From a virus (Duplodnaviria > Caudoviricetes), in the IMG/VR virus record IMGVR_UViG_3300017700_000660, positions 1 through 47,857 of that record: a DNA stretch of 47,857 nucleotides. One strand, 5' to 3'. The notes below the pieces were generated by a model. The model was given only the letters and a program-made list of their open reading frames with translations. It was not told the origin of the DNA and did no database searches. Made by a program: the position numbers and the translations under genes. Below, in pieces: positions 8,001-16,135 of this stretch. Within the stretch, counting starts at the first letter, position 1, and the number at the start of each line of letters is the position of its first letter.

Positions 8001-10483
8001 ACGTCGTCGCCGGTCTCATAGTTCTGGGCCGGGTACTTGCCGACGTAGACCACGCCGTCTTTGACGGTGACCGGCTCGGCGCTGTTTGGCATCATGCCCA
8101 CGCTCAGGCCTTCCGGTGCCTTGGCGATCTCGGCGCGCGCAGCCTTGCGCTCGGCACGCTTGGCTTCAATGCGGTCTCGCTCGGCGGCCAGCGCGACCTG
8201 CCGGGCCGACAGCTTCGGAGCATCTGGTGTTGCCGCGGTAGCGCCGGCAGATACTTCAGCGCTTGGGAACTCTTTGACGGTTTCCAGAAGCTGCTTGATG
8301 GGCGCGTCCAGGCGGATGACCTTGACCGGTTCGCCGGCCTCCAATTTGCTCATCCACTGGTGGTGGCCGTCCAGCACGTGGCCGTCGGCTGAAACCAGGA
8401 TAGAGCGGTCGTTCCCCGTGAAACCCTTTGCCTGGGCAACCTTACCCGGCGAAAACTCGGCCTGCGTGGTCTTCAGGCTGCTGGCCGCGACCTCCTCCTG
8501 CTGGTGGGCAATTCCGCGGGCGTTGAGGAAGTTGACCATGGCGCCGCGGTGCTCTGCCTTGATCTGCGGCATGTCGGCGCGCGACACGGCAAGGGTGCCT
8601 GAATCCGGGGCAAAGGCAGTCCACTGCTTGTCTAGTTGCTCACCCGTGACAGCCTCGGCCTTGGCGGCGGCGGCCGGGTCAGCGTCCAGCTTCACCCGCT
8701 TGGACAGCGGCACAAGGCGCTGGTCTACCCCAGTGGTTTGTACTGCGGGGTTTCCGGCCGGGGTTCCGGCTGCGGTTGGTTGGACTCCAGCGCTCGCTCG
8801 AGCTTCTGGCGTTTGAGCTGGCGTGGCTTGGCCTTCGGCGGCAGGTCCGGCCGGGGTTTGGTCTTGGACATTTGGGGTGGCCTGCTGGACGTTGTTTTGT
8901 GGCGTGTTTGCTACTGTATTGATAGCTGCCTGCGCAGTATCCACGGCGCGGGCCGGCGAACTTGATTGCGGTTGTTGGGCGGCCACCCGCTTGGATGCTG
9001 GGACCAGTCGGGGGTCTAGTGCTCGGTCGACGGGCTCGGCGCGCACAGAATCCAGAAGTGCACCAGGGCCTGCGGGCTGACTTGCATCTCCTGCAGCAGC
9101 TCCCGCTGGAATTTCGTCAATCGCGGCGGGCATGGCTGCCTGTGCGGTGGTTTGAGGCGTGGGCGTGACGGCTGGTGCATTTGCGGTCTCCTGGCCGGCC
9201 TCGATGTCGGCAATGGCGGTTTGCGCTTGCTGGCTTGGGCTGGCGGTCAGGTTCTGGGTGGCCAGGATGTTTTGGATGTTGTCCACGGCGCTGCTGGACT
9301 GAACTGCGGCCTGCGCGGCGGCTATCGCTTTGTCGACGGTAGGCGCCTTGGCGATTTCCGCAATGGGGTCGACTTTGGCTGGCGCGGCCGGGCGCATGGC
9401 GTCGCGCGCTTCCTTGGAGAACGCGGCCACCTCCATCGGTGCGCCTCCGAGCTCGCCTGCGGCTTCCATCAGCACCTGGCCGGGAGCGTCGATCTCGCCC
9501 TTAGTGGCCAACTGGCCGAGCGCCTCGCCGCCTGCACCCAGCCCGGCCTGCACAGCCATCTGGGTCGGCAGGTTGACAGCCTGGCGGGCGAGTTTGCTTT
9601 TCATTGCCGGGGCAATGGTCTTGCCAGCCATGCCGCCACTCACCGCGTCAAGGCCACCAATGATGCCCGCGCGCTTGCCTGCATAGGTCATGGCGGCCGA
9701 CAGGTTCTCGGGATTCGTGAAGAATGCCTCGACAGCTTTTGCGTTGGTGACGTCGACACCGGCGTCGCGGGCGAAGTCGGCCAGAGAACTGCCGCCCTCG
9801 ACTGCGGCACTGCTGGCGCCCATGGCTGCGGCACCAGCACCAGGTCCCATCACGGCGGCCGCGGCGAGCGCTGGCAGCGTCGATGGCAGGGACGTCGCGG
9901 TGACGCCTGCAATCACGTCATACGGCGCTTCCTTGAAGGCTTCCCAGGCTTCGCCAAAGGTCTTGGCGGCGTTGACCTTGGCGACAGCCGGCCGTGTGGT
10001 CATGGCCGCGCCGCGCTGGGCATCGCCCTGGGCTTCCGTCATCTCGCCAATGGCTGTTGGCAGTTTTTGCTGGGCGCTGGAGATTTCATCGCGCATCAGC
10101 CGCGCGTTGCGGCTTTCACCCTGGCCCCGGGCTTCCAGTTCTTGCAAGCGCTTTTTAGTCGATTGCAGCCGGCTGGCCTCCATGCCCATGTTGACGGTCT
10201 TTACCGAGGCACGGGTGTTGTCCACGCCGGTGAAGAACGAATCGCGCAGGTTGGCCAACTCGTCGGCTACAGCACCACCCTTGGCTACTGGCTCGTCGGG
10301 CACCTCGTTGGTTCCGATCTGGGCACCGGATACTGGGTCGTACACGGGCTCTGTGCGGGTCTTGGCGGCCGGGACTGGCGCTGTCACGCTCTTCGCCGGC
10401 GCGTCCAGTTCCCCAGAGAACGGCGTGAAAGAGCCGCCGCCAGCAGGGGTGTCAAGCTCACCTTTGAATTCTTCAAATGCCAT
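2018..10483 (-). CDS. Giant polyvalent internal-virion/ejection protein (2821 aa)
   Basis: Last gene of the virion operon. Gly/Ala-rich N-terminus; ParB/Srx-like (MPQI...ILVSADGHVLDGHHQW); GNAT-like (IEIFQSKRGNAMAEK...ATGFWDKMG); HELMH zincin motif; ART-like (FKAWF...VFHGT...GAGFYFT...YIAFEPTQVKS); LPD38-like C-terminus (IPFFSYTYK). Confidence 0.85.
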   Translation of the reverse strand: MAFEEFKGELDTPAGGGSFTPFSGELDAPAKSVTAPVPAAKTRTEPVYDPVSGAQIGTNEVPDEPVAKGGAVADELANLRDSFFTGVDNTRASVKTVNMGMEASRLQSTKKRLQELEARGQGESRNARLMRDEISSAQQKLPTAIGEMTEAQGDAQRGAAMTTRPAVAKVNAAKTFGEAWEAFKEAPYDVIAGVTATSLPSTLPALAAAAVMGPGAGAAAMGASSAAVEGGSSLADFARDAGVDVTNAKAVEAFFTNPENLSAAMTYAGKRAGIIGGLDAVSGGMAGKTIAPAMKSKLARQAVNLPTQMAVQAGLGAGGEALGQLATKGEIDAPGQVLMEAAGELGGAPMEVAAFSKEARDAMRPAAPAKVDPIAEIAKAPTVDKAIAAAQAAVQSSSAVDNIQNILATQNLTASPSQQAQTAIADIEAGQETANAPAVTPTPQTTAQAAMPAAIDEIPAGAAAGDASQPAGPGALLDSVRAEPVDRALDPRLVPASKRVAAQQPQSSSPARAVDTAQAAINTVANTPQNNVQQATPNVQDQTPAGPAAEGQATPAQTPEARASAGVQPTAAGTPAGNPAVQTTGVDQRLVPLSKRVKLDADPAAAAKAEAVTGEQLDKQWTAFAPDSGTLAVSRADMPQIKAEHRGAMVNFLNARGIAHQQEEVAASSLKTTQAEFSPGKVAQAKGFTGNDRSILVSADGHVLDGHHQWMSKLEAGEPVKVIRLDAPIKQLLETVKEFPSAEVSAGATAATPDAPKLSARQVALAAERDRIEAKRAERKAARAEIAKAPEGLSVGMMPNSAEPVTVKDGVVYVGKYPAQNYETGDDVTVPAGASDDQIRKALLDSGALGKKARIFGASNQAPAHTIPAQDATVSIAPDAAAQRAEFAASEKARKVPGNAARTRANEANPFKAFLGKHGISNALANEFAPGRKERQAAMVQGYGPVFRKSGLQLDELAQRAVEEGFLLEADEAKLQNLILDALRGKRIIAQYAEGVAEDEMQARMDAAEEFARQLPDDVLEDLDAGIPFNDTTSNTSTEDAMRALGFTDQEIQDATASQSQSPGQGSESRGRTDETAKNAAQGRGEEGNAAPRDDAEGLKPTNSLARTASWVIREKSTGNVILETFDRKKVDALNTEKYEAVPIGEYLGGLNRATEPAGLTAPTKEDVLAQQQRAGDGAKADAKAATAADNKAKADAEVNEFTLTGSERAADADPNQQPMFSRAPAEQATDILDAAGVTGKDRLDVLKDVKAGTLTPEEVQAAYPAKDQDGQIAMSRAATPGPVPPLEAFKTKSGATAFKTPEIALANPQLNVRQPGGGVKRIDYEIRDRVLYAEARADGASVSDAQEESHVGTITLDVDASGVFKSLRNIEIFQSKRGNAMAEKVVGGIVESLPAGAKLHIHDILPTATGFWDKMGASFPRSEDFMEANLSPQQFRNAYDTRKSTQGTRGQPQESRATTDTGTDGGRRGNDGNAVSAGPQAAVRNPSTVDRVQAAVAELIGGKQLPNKLGRVVATTASEIKAYWEPQIGLNVQLSADEKAGAAQAFYDPRTKTVFLIADHIPTGDEQAVAAHELMHKHGQTVLGAEGWEKLHDTINGWANAEEDSDERAVYTYARRQVEAVGTELSSQEMFPYAVEAAIKMGVKPSLIAKKGTVARWLGSVKFAMQQAWGKVTGKPETFKTQDLVDLAFGIAQMENPESAAAIGRLESERTDPLSTPAFKAWFEGSKVVDAKGKPLRVFHGTTADFTEFQKERANPESDMGAGFYFTNMSSDVEANYAGEGPDLTNKIERRAEQIERELEDSAEPVDMDKARALARKEFSEHAGATMPVYLAIKNPVVIGGKNETVFGFEQPYDEETDDYGEETGTLVDVLMALQRMGYDDMNYGQIAEDLSDAMGDGGIKASELIDKLKASEGLQYATDENGNLYSTEIIRQAFEEAGFDGIIDNTVNAKFGSERSTGKKMVGMKKGVVHYIAFEPTQVKSAIGNRGTFGPSNADIRFSRAKPDDAQQGIADAKQPTAKAELSPWRDATGRLQFAPGAWLYDKIGTASGPTLTRLGLKAASPELRRQLRQMKIDVEKAQETAGAIAKETTKLSEAERAMVSDLVEQELQVGVIPPAHAVKLAAMINDAMGRQTDELVALDMLTKDSADKWRGKYLPRYYESKLSAKVGDAWADAMKRLTGRQSVMKGIKGKNLKGRGLYETIPEDQLKDYEALGWEVRDPDYTPNLPSVDGSVQVWRDFTPEEREKMGEIRDAGFRFVMGYMQTGRDIAVGRMFARMAADPEQSSRLEKEGYVQVPTTTVSGTGAKVYGKLAGRWVPAETLSQLSNIEESTSAAWQMYRKAMGIWKEGKTALNPVSHVNNMVSNLTMAHLAGVSYHRGDKYLAAARDFVKKGPMMAEAKENGLFLGTLSDTELMNTLPEELKILAQKQESKGEKVARTGFDIMTMFLRKPMGAAYQGEDTFFRYLIYKDARERGLEPQEAVDYAQKYIFTYDDLPKGARRIRDFGIPFFSYTYKAAPALLHTALTHPVRMAAPAAVLWGINAAAYAIATGDDEDSWQETLKKYLTDPEFRAKAREKEKLEREHLPPWNKGTTALMTPKTIRLGMDEVTKLPLFIDISRIIPGGDLFDASPNAGGLPIPQPITPSHPIFTTMVAMLGNKDMFLGKEITDSNDTMGEKAAKRSAWLWTQLTPAITAGNYHWNRGMNALAQANGGEVKWVPDVLGGDATGIGKDGNPVQPKYAAMQTFGIKVRPMDLETAEAIEGSMKRKMIRDIDGEIKKLQRYASKGAISERTLEKERDKAIQKKENLRNGLTVDGNEKD
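7854..7910 (+). repeat. Dispersed dyad repeat, copy B (inside the giant CDS)
   Basis: GCTATCGAAACAGTAGC-ATCCT-GCGC-N11-GGGCT-N6-TGATTTGAT. Confidence 0.75.
8910..8966 (+). repeat. Dispersed dyad repeat, copy C (inside the giant CDS)
   Basis: GCTACTGTATTGATAGC-TGCCT-GCGC-AGTATCCACGG...CTTGAT. Confidence 0.7.
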
Positions 10484-10491
10484 GGGGAGCC

Positions 10492-11568
10492 TTATTTTTG
10501 GACGAAGCGCTTACCGTCAGGGGTCTCGTAGACCGGCTTTCCACCGGATGTACCAATCTGTTTGGCTCCGGCCGGCAGGCCAGCAGGTGCCTTCGGTGAC
10601 GCCGGTGCCGCAGGCGTCGCTCCCGGCTTTTCCGGAGCACCGCGGTCGGTGAGGCTGGCATCCAGCGCCGCCGCCGCACGGTCACGCACGCGCACCGCCG
10701 TTTCATACGACCGTTGCCAGTCGGCCTGGGCCTCCGGCGTCTTGCCCTTGCCGCCGTCGTTCAGGTTCTTGATCGTGGCGTTCATGGCGTTGACGATCGC
10801 GCCCAGCTTGTCCGGCGTCTGGCCTTTGCCGCCACCGTTCTCGGCTTTGGCAGCATCGTTGTCGCGTTTCGTGGTTTCGTTCTCGATCCATGCGTCGATC
10901 TTGCGGTTCTGGGCGTCTAGGCTTCCCTGCTGCAGGTCCAGGCGCTTGAGGTCGATTTCGTACTTCAGGCCATCGGCCTTGGCTTTGCGATCGCCTTCCT
11001 TGGCGGCGTTGGCTGCTGCAGCTTCGCTCTTTTTCTCGGTGACATCGATGCGGCGCTCGTCACGCAGCGGCTTGCCCACGCGTGCCTCGTAGTCGGCGTA
11101 GGCCGGAAGGTCGTTTACCTTGGCATCGTCCACTGCGGCCGCCAGCGCTTCGTCGGAGGTGCGCTTGCGCGTCTTGCCAGCCACGTTGATCAGCCCCTGC
11201 TTTGTGTCGGTGGCCACCTGACCTTCGAGCTGGGCCAGGGCTTCCGCGCGCATCTTCGGGTCGGCGATGCTTTCAATGGCCTTTCGCTGCGTGGCGATGT
11301 CGCCCTCGAAGCCAAACTTCTCGCCGGCCTCGTTGGTGCCTGACACGGCAGTAACGGGTGCGGCTTCCACGGGCACCTCTTCCGCCATCTTGGCCTGGGC
11401 CCCAGCGGAAATCCGCTTGAGGGGCGCATTCTTGAGTTCTTCAAGGCGCTGGTCGCGCTCCCGCAGAAGCTCGGCGCGCTGGTCTTCCAGCGACATCTTG
11501 CCGTACATATCGCCAGCTGCGTAGCCAGCGGCTGAAGCGCCTCGCGCAATGCCGTCCATAAGTCCCAT
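10492..11568 (-). CDS. Putative internal virion/DNA-ejection protein (358 aa)
   Basis: Ala/Lys/Asp-rich helical protein with MGLMDGIARG start, directly upstream of the giant gene. Confidence 0.6.
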   Translation of the reverse strand: MGLMDGIARGASAAGYAAGDMYGKMSLEDQRAELLRERDQRLEELKNAPLKRISAGAQAKMAEEVPVEAAPVTAVSGTNEAGEKFGFEGDIATQRKAIESIADPKMRAEALAQLEGQVATDTKQGLINVAGKTRKRTSDEALAAAVDDAKVNDLPAYADYEARVGKPLRDERRIDVTEKKSEAAAANAAKEGDRKAKADGLKYEIDLKRLDLQQGSLDAQNRKIDAWIENETTKRDNDAAKAENGGGKGQTPDKLGAIVNAMNATIKNLNDGGKGKTPEAQADWQRSYETAVRVRDRAAAALDASLTDRGAPEKPGATPAAPASPKAPAGLPAGAKQIGTSGGKPVYETPDGKRFVQK

Positions 11569-11570
11569 GA

Positions 11571-12050
11571 TCAGGCTCCTGCGTTCTGCTTGAATTCGGC
11601 AACCTTAGCGGGGTCCTGCATGACGCCCTTGGTCTGGGCGAGCAGGGCCTGCATCTTGTCTGGCGTCATGCCCAACTTGGGCAGCAACGTTTCGAGGTAG
11701 TACTGCGTGGTCTTTGCCAGGGAGTCGCCGTCAACCTGCACCATCCCTGCCTTTTCCATAAATTCCAGGCCCTCGTACAGCAGCGTGATGCCGGCCATGA
11801 TCATGGGGACAACTGGCATGGTATTGCGGCTTTCCTTGAACAGCACGCCCACCAGGCCAATGACGCCATCGACTGCCGTTTTCAGCTTGTCCGGCGCATC
11901 CACCAGCCCCTGCATCAACTGCTCGTGCGTGCCCTTGGTGAACATGACTTTCATGCCTGCCAGCACGATACGATCGTAGGCGTCCTTTTGCTTGGGGTCG
12001 ACGCCCTGCTCGATCTTGGCTTTCGCCTGTTCAATGATTTGTGTGGTCAT
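11571..12050 (-). CDS. Hypothetical virion-module protein (159 aa)
   Basis: Clean ORF with AGGA RBS, tightly packed in the operon. Confidence 0.7.
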   Translation of the reverse strand: MTTQIIEQAKAKIEQGVDPKQKDAYDRIVLAGMKVMFTKGTHEQLMQGLVDAPDKLKTAVDGVIGLVGVLFKESRNTMPVVPMIMAGITLLYEGLEFMEKAGMVQVDGDSLAKTTQYYLETLLPKLGMTPDKMQALLAQTKGVMQDPAKVAEFKQNAGA

Positions 12051-12063
12051 GTCGAGTCCTGGT

Positions 12064-12909
12064 TTAGCTGTTGATCAATCCGGCGCGCGGGCCGTAGTAG
12101 ACGGGGTTCTTCTTGTTGGCGAACACGTCTTTCTTGTTGAGCTTCATGCCAGTGAGGTCCGGCACTGAATTGGCGTTTGCCGCCGACTGCCGCGCGAGGT
12201 CACCCTGCAGTATTTCGTTTTGCGTGCGCGCCTTGTAGAGGTCCGTCGAAGCGTTGGCGGCTGCCGCCTCGGCCTCCTTCTTTTTGTCGAAGAAACCGCC
12301 GATGAAATTTCCGGCCATGGAGGTCAACTCCTTGTTGTCCTTCAGCGTCGCGCTGAATCCTTTGAGCGTGTCGAAAAGGCCGCCGCTGGCCGGTGCGGAG
12401 CCTGGCCCGGCGACCAGCGCCGCCGTGGAATTGCCGGCCACCCCGCCGCTGTTGATCAACCCGTTTTCAGCAAACGCGCCTGTGGCACCCACCTGGGCGT
12501 CGGCTGCACCGGCTGGGGTGAACTCGGCAACGTCAGTCGCTGCGCCGCCCGCCTGGGTGACATCGGTGGTCACGGCAGCGCTGGGGTCTACCACGCCGGG
12601 CGCGGCTTCCTGAATCATTTGTGACGTGTTGCTGGCTTCCTTGGCTGCGGACTGAGCCATAGCACCGGCGTCTGCCGAGGCAACGTCTCCAGACATCCAG
12701 CCCTTGCCCTGAGCGAATGAGCCTACCCCGGCGGCCAGCGACGCCACGCCACCGATCATGGCGAGCTCCTTGTTTCCGGTAAGCACGCCAATGCCTGAAG
12801 CGATGGCGCCCACGGCTGCGACTACCTGCAAGGCAGACATGGCGGCAATGCCGACGGATGCGATCTCTGCGCCGGCAAAAACGGCGCCTGCTACTGCTGC
12901 GACTGGCAT
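12064..12909 (-). CDS. Putative DNA-transfer/pilot protein (281 aa)
   Basis: Hydrophobic Gly/Ala-rich N-terminus typical of podoviral ejection proteins. Confidence 0.6.
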   Translation of the reverse strand: MPVAAVAGAVFAGAEIASVGIAAMSALQVVAAVGAIASGIGVLTGNKELAMIGGVASLAAGVGSFAQGKGWMSGDVASADAGAMAQSAAKEASNTSQMIQEAAPGVVDPSAAVTTDVTQAGGAATDVAEFTPAGAADAQVGATGAFAENGLINSGGVAGNSTAALVAGPGSAPASGGLFDTLKGFSATLKDNKELTSMAGNFIGGFFDKKKEAEAAAANASTDLYKARTQNEILQGDLARQSAANANSVPDLTGMKLNKKDVFANKKNPVYYGPRAGLINS

Positions 12910-13307
12910 GGTGGTTCCTTCACACGTAAGTTATCAATGCGGAAATGAATGTCGAATTCGTCTTGGCCTACCTGGTAAAACCCCAGGCGGGTGTTGAAGC
13001 GCTGTTGGCGGGTATCGCCTTTTGGTGTCTTCGTGAGGGCATAGCCGTGGCGATCGATCAGCTCGCCGGGATACTTTTTGAGAATCGACCGGCTGGCCTG
13101 GATGTCGGTGCCGAACTTGGAAAAGTGGAACTCAGGGCCTTTGCTCAAAAAGATGATGCCGATGCTGCCGTCCTCGCGCAACACCGGGTCAAGTTCCCAG
13201 CCTTCAAGGCTTTGCTCAAATTGCTCGCGGCTGACAAACAGCGGCGTGACCGAAAAGAGCAGGTCAATGCAGCGCGTGCGCTCAGGAGACGGCTGCACCA
13301 GGCACAT
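12891..13307 (-). CDS. GNAT-like virion-module protein (start uncertain)
   Basis: QQRFNTRLGFYQVG resembles the GNAT C-terminal motif; position matches the acetyltransferase-like gene of podoviral tail modules. Confidence 0.5.
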   Translation of the reverse strand: MCLVQPSPERTRCIDLLFSVTPLFVSREQFEQSLEGWELDPVLREDGSIGIIFLSKGPEFHFSKFGTDIQASRSILKKYPGELIDRHGYALTKTPKGDTRQQRFNTRLGFYQVGQDEFDIHFRIDNLRVKEPPCQSQQ

Positions 13308-14076
13308 TGAAGTCCAGCAGGTTCGAGAGGTCCAGATTTCCGATTTGCCCCAGCAAGCCAAGGCCGTTGTTCAGTAGGGCAATCTGGTTCCGGATGGCAA
13401 TTGCCTTTGTGTCTGAGGCCATGTCCTTGTTGGTCATGATGGCCGAGGCGTTCGTCACCATCTGCTTGTACAGGTCGGCGGCGCCGGCCGAAGACTGCAT
13501 CAGCATCTTGTAGCTCGCCTCGATGCCCGCCAGCTCCTTCTTGGATGCCGCATCCATGCCCAGCTTCAGTATCTGGTTTGACTCGGAGGCATTGAACTGC
13601 GACGCCGTGTTCTTGGCGGCCGTGTTGTTCAGGTCGACGTTGGTCTGAAGCTGGCTATTCTGCGAATTCACCTGGTTCTGCGCGCCGGTGTTGGTTTCGG
13701 CGGCCTTGCCGTACATCGCGGCGTCCTGCTGGGCCATCGGAAGCGCGGCGTCGTAGAGCGCGGCCTGGCCTGCCCCGACAGCGATACTGCTGTTCATCAG
13801 ACCCCTGGCATTGGCCTTTTGCAGGGACCGGGTCTCGGCCTGCTGCATCAGTGGCGAATTCTCGGCGATGATGTTTTTGACCTGGCCTTGTACCGTCTGG
13901 TCGGAGTTCACGTCCCACTTGACTGCCGGGTCCTGCAGGGTTGCCGTGGTGCTGGCGGCCGTGGCAGCAGTGGGCGCCGGTGAGTTGATGAGGCCTGCGG
14001 CCGTCGGGTTCACGGTTCCGGTAACGTCCTCCGGGCTGGTGGCGAACGGCGTGGTGTTTGGTGGGGTGGTGGCCAT
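13282..14076 (-). CDS. Putative internal virion protein (264 aa)
   Basis: Ala/Asn/Gln-rich protein with ARGLMNSSIAVGAGQ motif typical of this module. Confidence 0.6.
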   Translation of the reverse strand: MATTPPNTTPFATSPEDVTGTVNPTAAGLINSPAPTAATAASTTATLQDPAVKWDVNSDQTVQGQVKNIIAENSPLMQQAETRSLQKANARGLMNSSIAVGAGQAALYDAALPMAQQDAAMYGKAAETNTGAQNQVNSQNSQLQTNVDLNNTAAKNTASQFNASESNQILKLGMDAASKKELAGIEASYKMLMQSSAGAADLYKQMVTNASAIMTNKDMASDTKAIAIRNQIALLNNGLGLLGQIGNLDLSNLLDFNVPGAAVS

Positions 14077-14087
14077 GGTGGTTCCGG

Positions 14088-14609
14088 TCAGGGTGTCAGG
14101 GATTGGTAGGAGCGCTCGCAGGTGGCACCGGCGTCGCGACTTGCCGCAAGCGCTCCCGCCACGATTCCCGCAAAGCCGTCAGCTTCCGCAAACAGTCCCC
14201 CGAGCACTCCGGCGGCAGTGGCGGCTGTTTCGCCTCCTCCGCCAGCGTCGGGATTGCGGCCGGCTTGACCGGCTCGGGCGATAGCGGCGGCGAGGTCGAC
14301 TTGCAGGCCGTCACCAGCGCGGCGAGCAGCAGCAAGGGCAGTAGCGCGCGCAGCGGCGAGGTCTTGGGCGGCTTTGACAATTGCATCTTTAGCTCCTATG
14401 CGTCGTTCAAATTCTTCTCGCTGCTCGGTGTCAGCCTTGGCGTGCATGCGTAGGGCCTCGACACGCTCGTCTGCAAAGGAGGCCCGAGTCTCGGCGTGGT
14501 CAGTCTTTTCCTCGGCCAGGCGCACGGTCTGCACGCCCACGGCAGCCAGCAGCAGGCCGATGACCAGGAGCTTTGCCCACTCGGGGACGAAGCTGAGGGG
14601 GCTGATCAC
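14088..14609 (-). CDS. Rz: Rz-like inner-membrane spanin
   Basis: GTG start overlapping the upstream stop, N-terminal TM (LLVIGLLLAAVGV), Ala-rich coiled coil, C-terminal GATCERSY; contains an embedded lipoprotein ORF. Confidence 0.8.
   Translation of the reverse strand: MISPLSFVPEWAKLLVIGLLLAAVGVQTVRLAEEKTDHAETRASFADERVEALRMHAKADTEQREEFERRIGAKDAIVKAAQDLAAARATALAAARRAGDGLQVDLAAAIARAGQAGRNPDAGGGGETAATAAGVLGGLFAEADGFAGIVAGALAASRDAGATCERSYQSLTP
14096..14386 (-). CDS. Rz1: Rz1-like outer-membrane lipoprotein spanin, fully embedded in Rz in another frame
   Basis: LLPLLLLAALVTA-C lipobox, Pro-rich mature part, CSGDC motif. Confidence 0.8.
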   Translation of the reverse strand: MQLSKPPKTSPLRALLPLLLLAALVTACKSTSPPLSPEPVKPAAIPTLAEEAKQPPLPPECSGDCLRKLTALRESWRERLRQVATPVPPASAPTNP

Positions 14610-14743
14610 CGAAAAGCCCAGTAAAGCAGGGCGATCACGGCCAGCACTGCGATGATGCCGATGGCGTAGGGAATGGATGCGATTAGCCACAGCAGAAAGC
14701 CATAATCCCCATGTCCGCGCTGGCGGGATTTAGAAGTGGTCAT
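14606..14743 (-). CDS. Small membrane protein (45 aa)
   Basis: MTTSKSRQRGHGDYGFLLWLIASIPYAIGIIAVLAVIALLYWAFR; start and stop both overlap neighbours (ATGA/GTGA). Confidence 0.55.
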   Translation of the reverse strand: MTTSKSRQRGHGDYGFLLWLIASIPYAIGIIAVLAVIALLYWAFR

Positions 14744-14910
14744 CGTTGGCCCTTCAGGAGGTAGGCGATCAACGGCCAGAATTCCTTGATCAGCCACATG
14801 ACAAAGAGCACCCCGCACATCAGCACCACGTACTGGATACCAGCGAAATACCAGACTCCGGCGAACACTGCGAGGACAATGCACGTCACAATAAAAATCA
14901 AAGATTTCAT
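14740..14910 (-). CDS. Small two-TM membrane protein (56 aa; not in the ORF track)
   Basis: MKSLIFIVTCIVLAVFAGVWYFAGIQYVVLMCGVLFVMWLIKEFWPLIAYLLKGQR; ATGA overlaps with the endolysin stop and the next start. Confidence 0.55.
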   Translation of the reverse strand: MKSLIFIVTCIVLAVFAGVWYFAGIQYVVLMCGVLFVMWLIKEFWPLIAYLLKGQR

Positions 14911-15551
14911 GGCAGTACCTTCATTGCGGCTTGGAACAGCGTCAGGCGGTCCGCGTACCCATTTGAGTCACCATCGGCGGCTGTCTTCCGGCCCTTGTTG
15001 ATCGTGTCGCAGTAGCCGTCGAAGTCACCGGCGTCAGCGAACTCGTTGCACCGTTTCATCTCGATGTAATCGGCGGCGGCTAGCGCGGCCCATTCAGGAT
15101 CTGCCAGGAGCTCGGGCTCGGCCTCGAAGTCCGGCACCACCATCGAAGGAAAGCGCGCGCGCAGACGATCGCGCACCGCGGCGTGGTTGAAGCGCCCCGT
15201 GTTCTGCAGCAGGCCATGCCCGGCGAACCGGTGGCCGTCGCCCGGCTGGCTGTTGCCCAGGTTGTAGGCCAGCCGATTAGCGACGAACGCCTCCTGCTTA
15301 GCCTCACCCGCCGAACTGGGCCAGGGCTTGGCGAAGTCACGTTCGTAGCGTTTTTGCTGCGGCGTCGGGCCCCAGAGCTCGGTCAGCCATTTGAGTCCGC
15401 CAGTCTCGTGCCCCACGTTGGCTAGAAACATGGCGCGGCGCAGCTTGGTGTCGATGGCGAACTGCACCATGGCAGCGTTCAGGCCGGCTGCGCAGCGCTG
15501 GGCGCGGTCAATGCGCGCACCGGTGCACAGAGCGATTTCTTGGGGGGTCAC
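14907..15551 (-). CDS. Endolysin, glycoside hydrolase family 19
   Basis: RRAMFLANVGHETGGL, GDGHRFAGHGLLQNTGRFNH and INKG...NGYADR GH19 motifs. Confidence 0.9.
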   Translation of the reverse strand: MTPQEIALCTGARIDRAQRCAAGLNAAMVQFAIDTKLRRAMFLANVGHETGGLKWLTELWGPTPQQKRYERDFAKPWPSSAGEAKQEAFVANRLAYNLGNSQPGDGHRFAGHGLLQNTGRFNHAAVRDRLRARFPSMVVPDFEAEPELLADPEWAALAAADYIEMKRCNEFADAGDFDGYCDTINKGRKTAADGDSNGYADRLTLFQAAMKVLP

Positions 15552-15895
15552 ACTGAGCCTTTCGATGGCTTGGCAGGTTTGACCGGCTTGCCGTCACGGA
15601 TCAGCTCGAATATCCCGATGGGTACTGTGGCGCTGTCGCCGTCTTCATAAACCACAAAGACGGCATCGCGGCCACTCAGAATCCAGCAGGCCTTCCACAC
15701 CTTGCCATTGACGTGATCCGTTGCGCCGTTAAAATTTTTCACATGCTCAGGCTTGAGCAGCTCCGTGACCTCCTTGGTGCAAGGGGTATCGTGCAGAGTC
15801 AAGTAGTTGTCGCCGCTGCGCACCACCGCCACATCGGCGGCAAACACCGACAGCGCGGTCAGCACGGCAGCGAACAGGAACAGGGCTTTCTTCAT
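15548..15895 (-). CDS. Exported protein in the lysis cassette (115 aa)
   Basis: Sec signal MKKALFLFAAVLTALSVFA; two Cys (TPCT, KACW). Confidence 0.7.
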   Translation of the reverse strand: MKKALFLFAAVLTALSVFAADVAVVRSGDNYLTLHDTPCTKEVTELLKPEHVKNFNGATDHVNGKVWKACWILSGRDAVFVVYEDGDSATVPIGIFELIRDGKPVKPAKPSKGSV

Positions 15896-15898
15896 GAC

Positions 15899-16135
15899 TT
15901 ACTCCTTGGGTTGAGAAATCGAAGGCTGTTTGATGGGGCGGAAAACGATGACTAGCACCAGGCACACGATGCGAATCCAGTTCTTGGTGTCGGCGTCCAG
16001 ACCGCTCATGGCCTGGGTTTGGTCGGCGATGAGCTGCAGGATCTCGGGGAGCACCAGGCCCACGCCGGCGGCCCACATGACGAGGGACTTCCAGAGAGTT
16101 CTCCAGTTGTCGACGATGACTTTTGGCTTTTTCAT
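15899..16135 (-). CDS. Holin-like membrane protein (78 aa)
   Basis: IVDNWRTLWKSLVMW start, two hydrophobic segments, RPIKQP tail. Confidence 0.65.
   Translation of the reverse strand: MKKPKVIVDNWRTLWKSLVMWAAGVGLVLPEILQLIADQTQAMSGLDADTKNWIRIVCLVLVIVFRPIKQPSISQPKE

Noticed and set aside
2543-10652. Long + strand ORFs (467, 595, 459 and 320 aa) opposite the giant gene
   Set aside because: Antisense shadows expected in high-GC coding DNA; no motifs or RBS.
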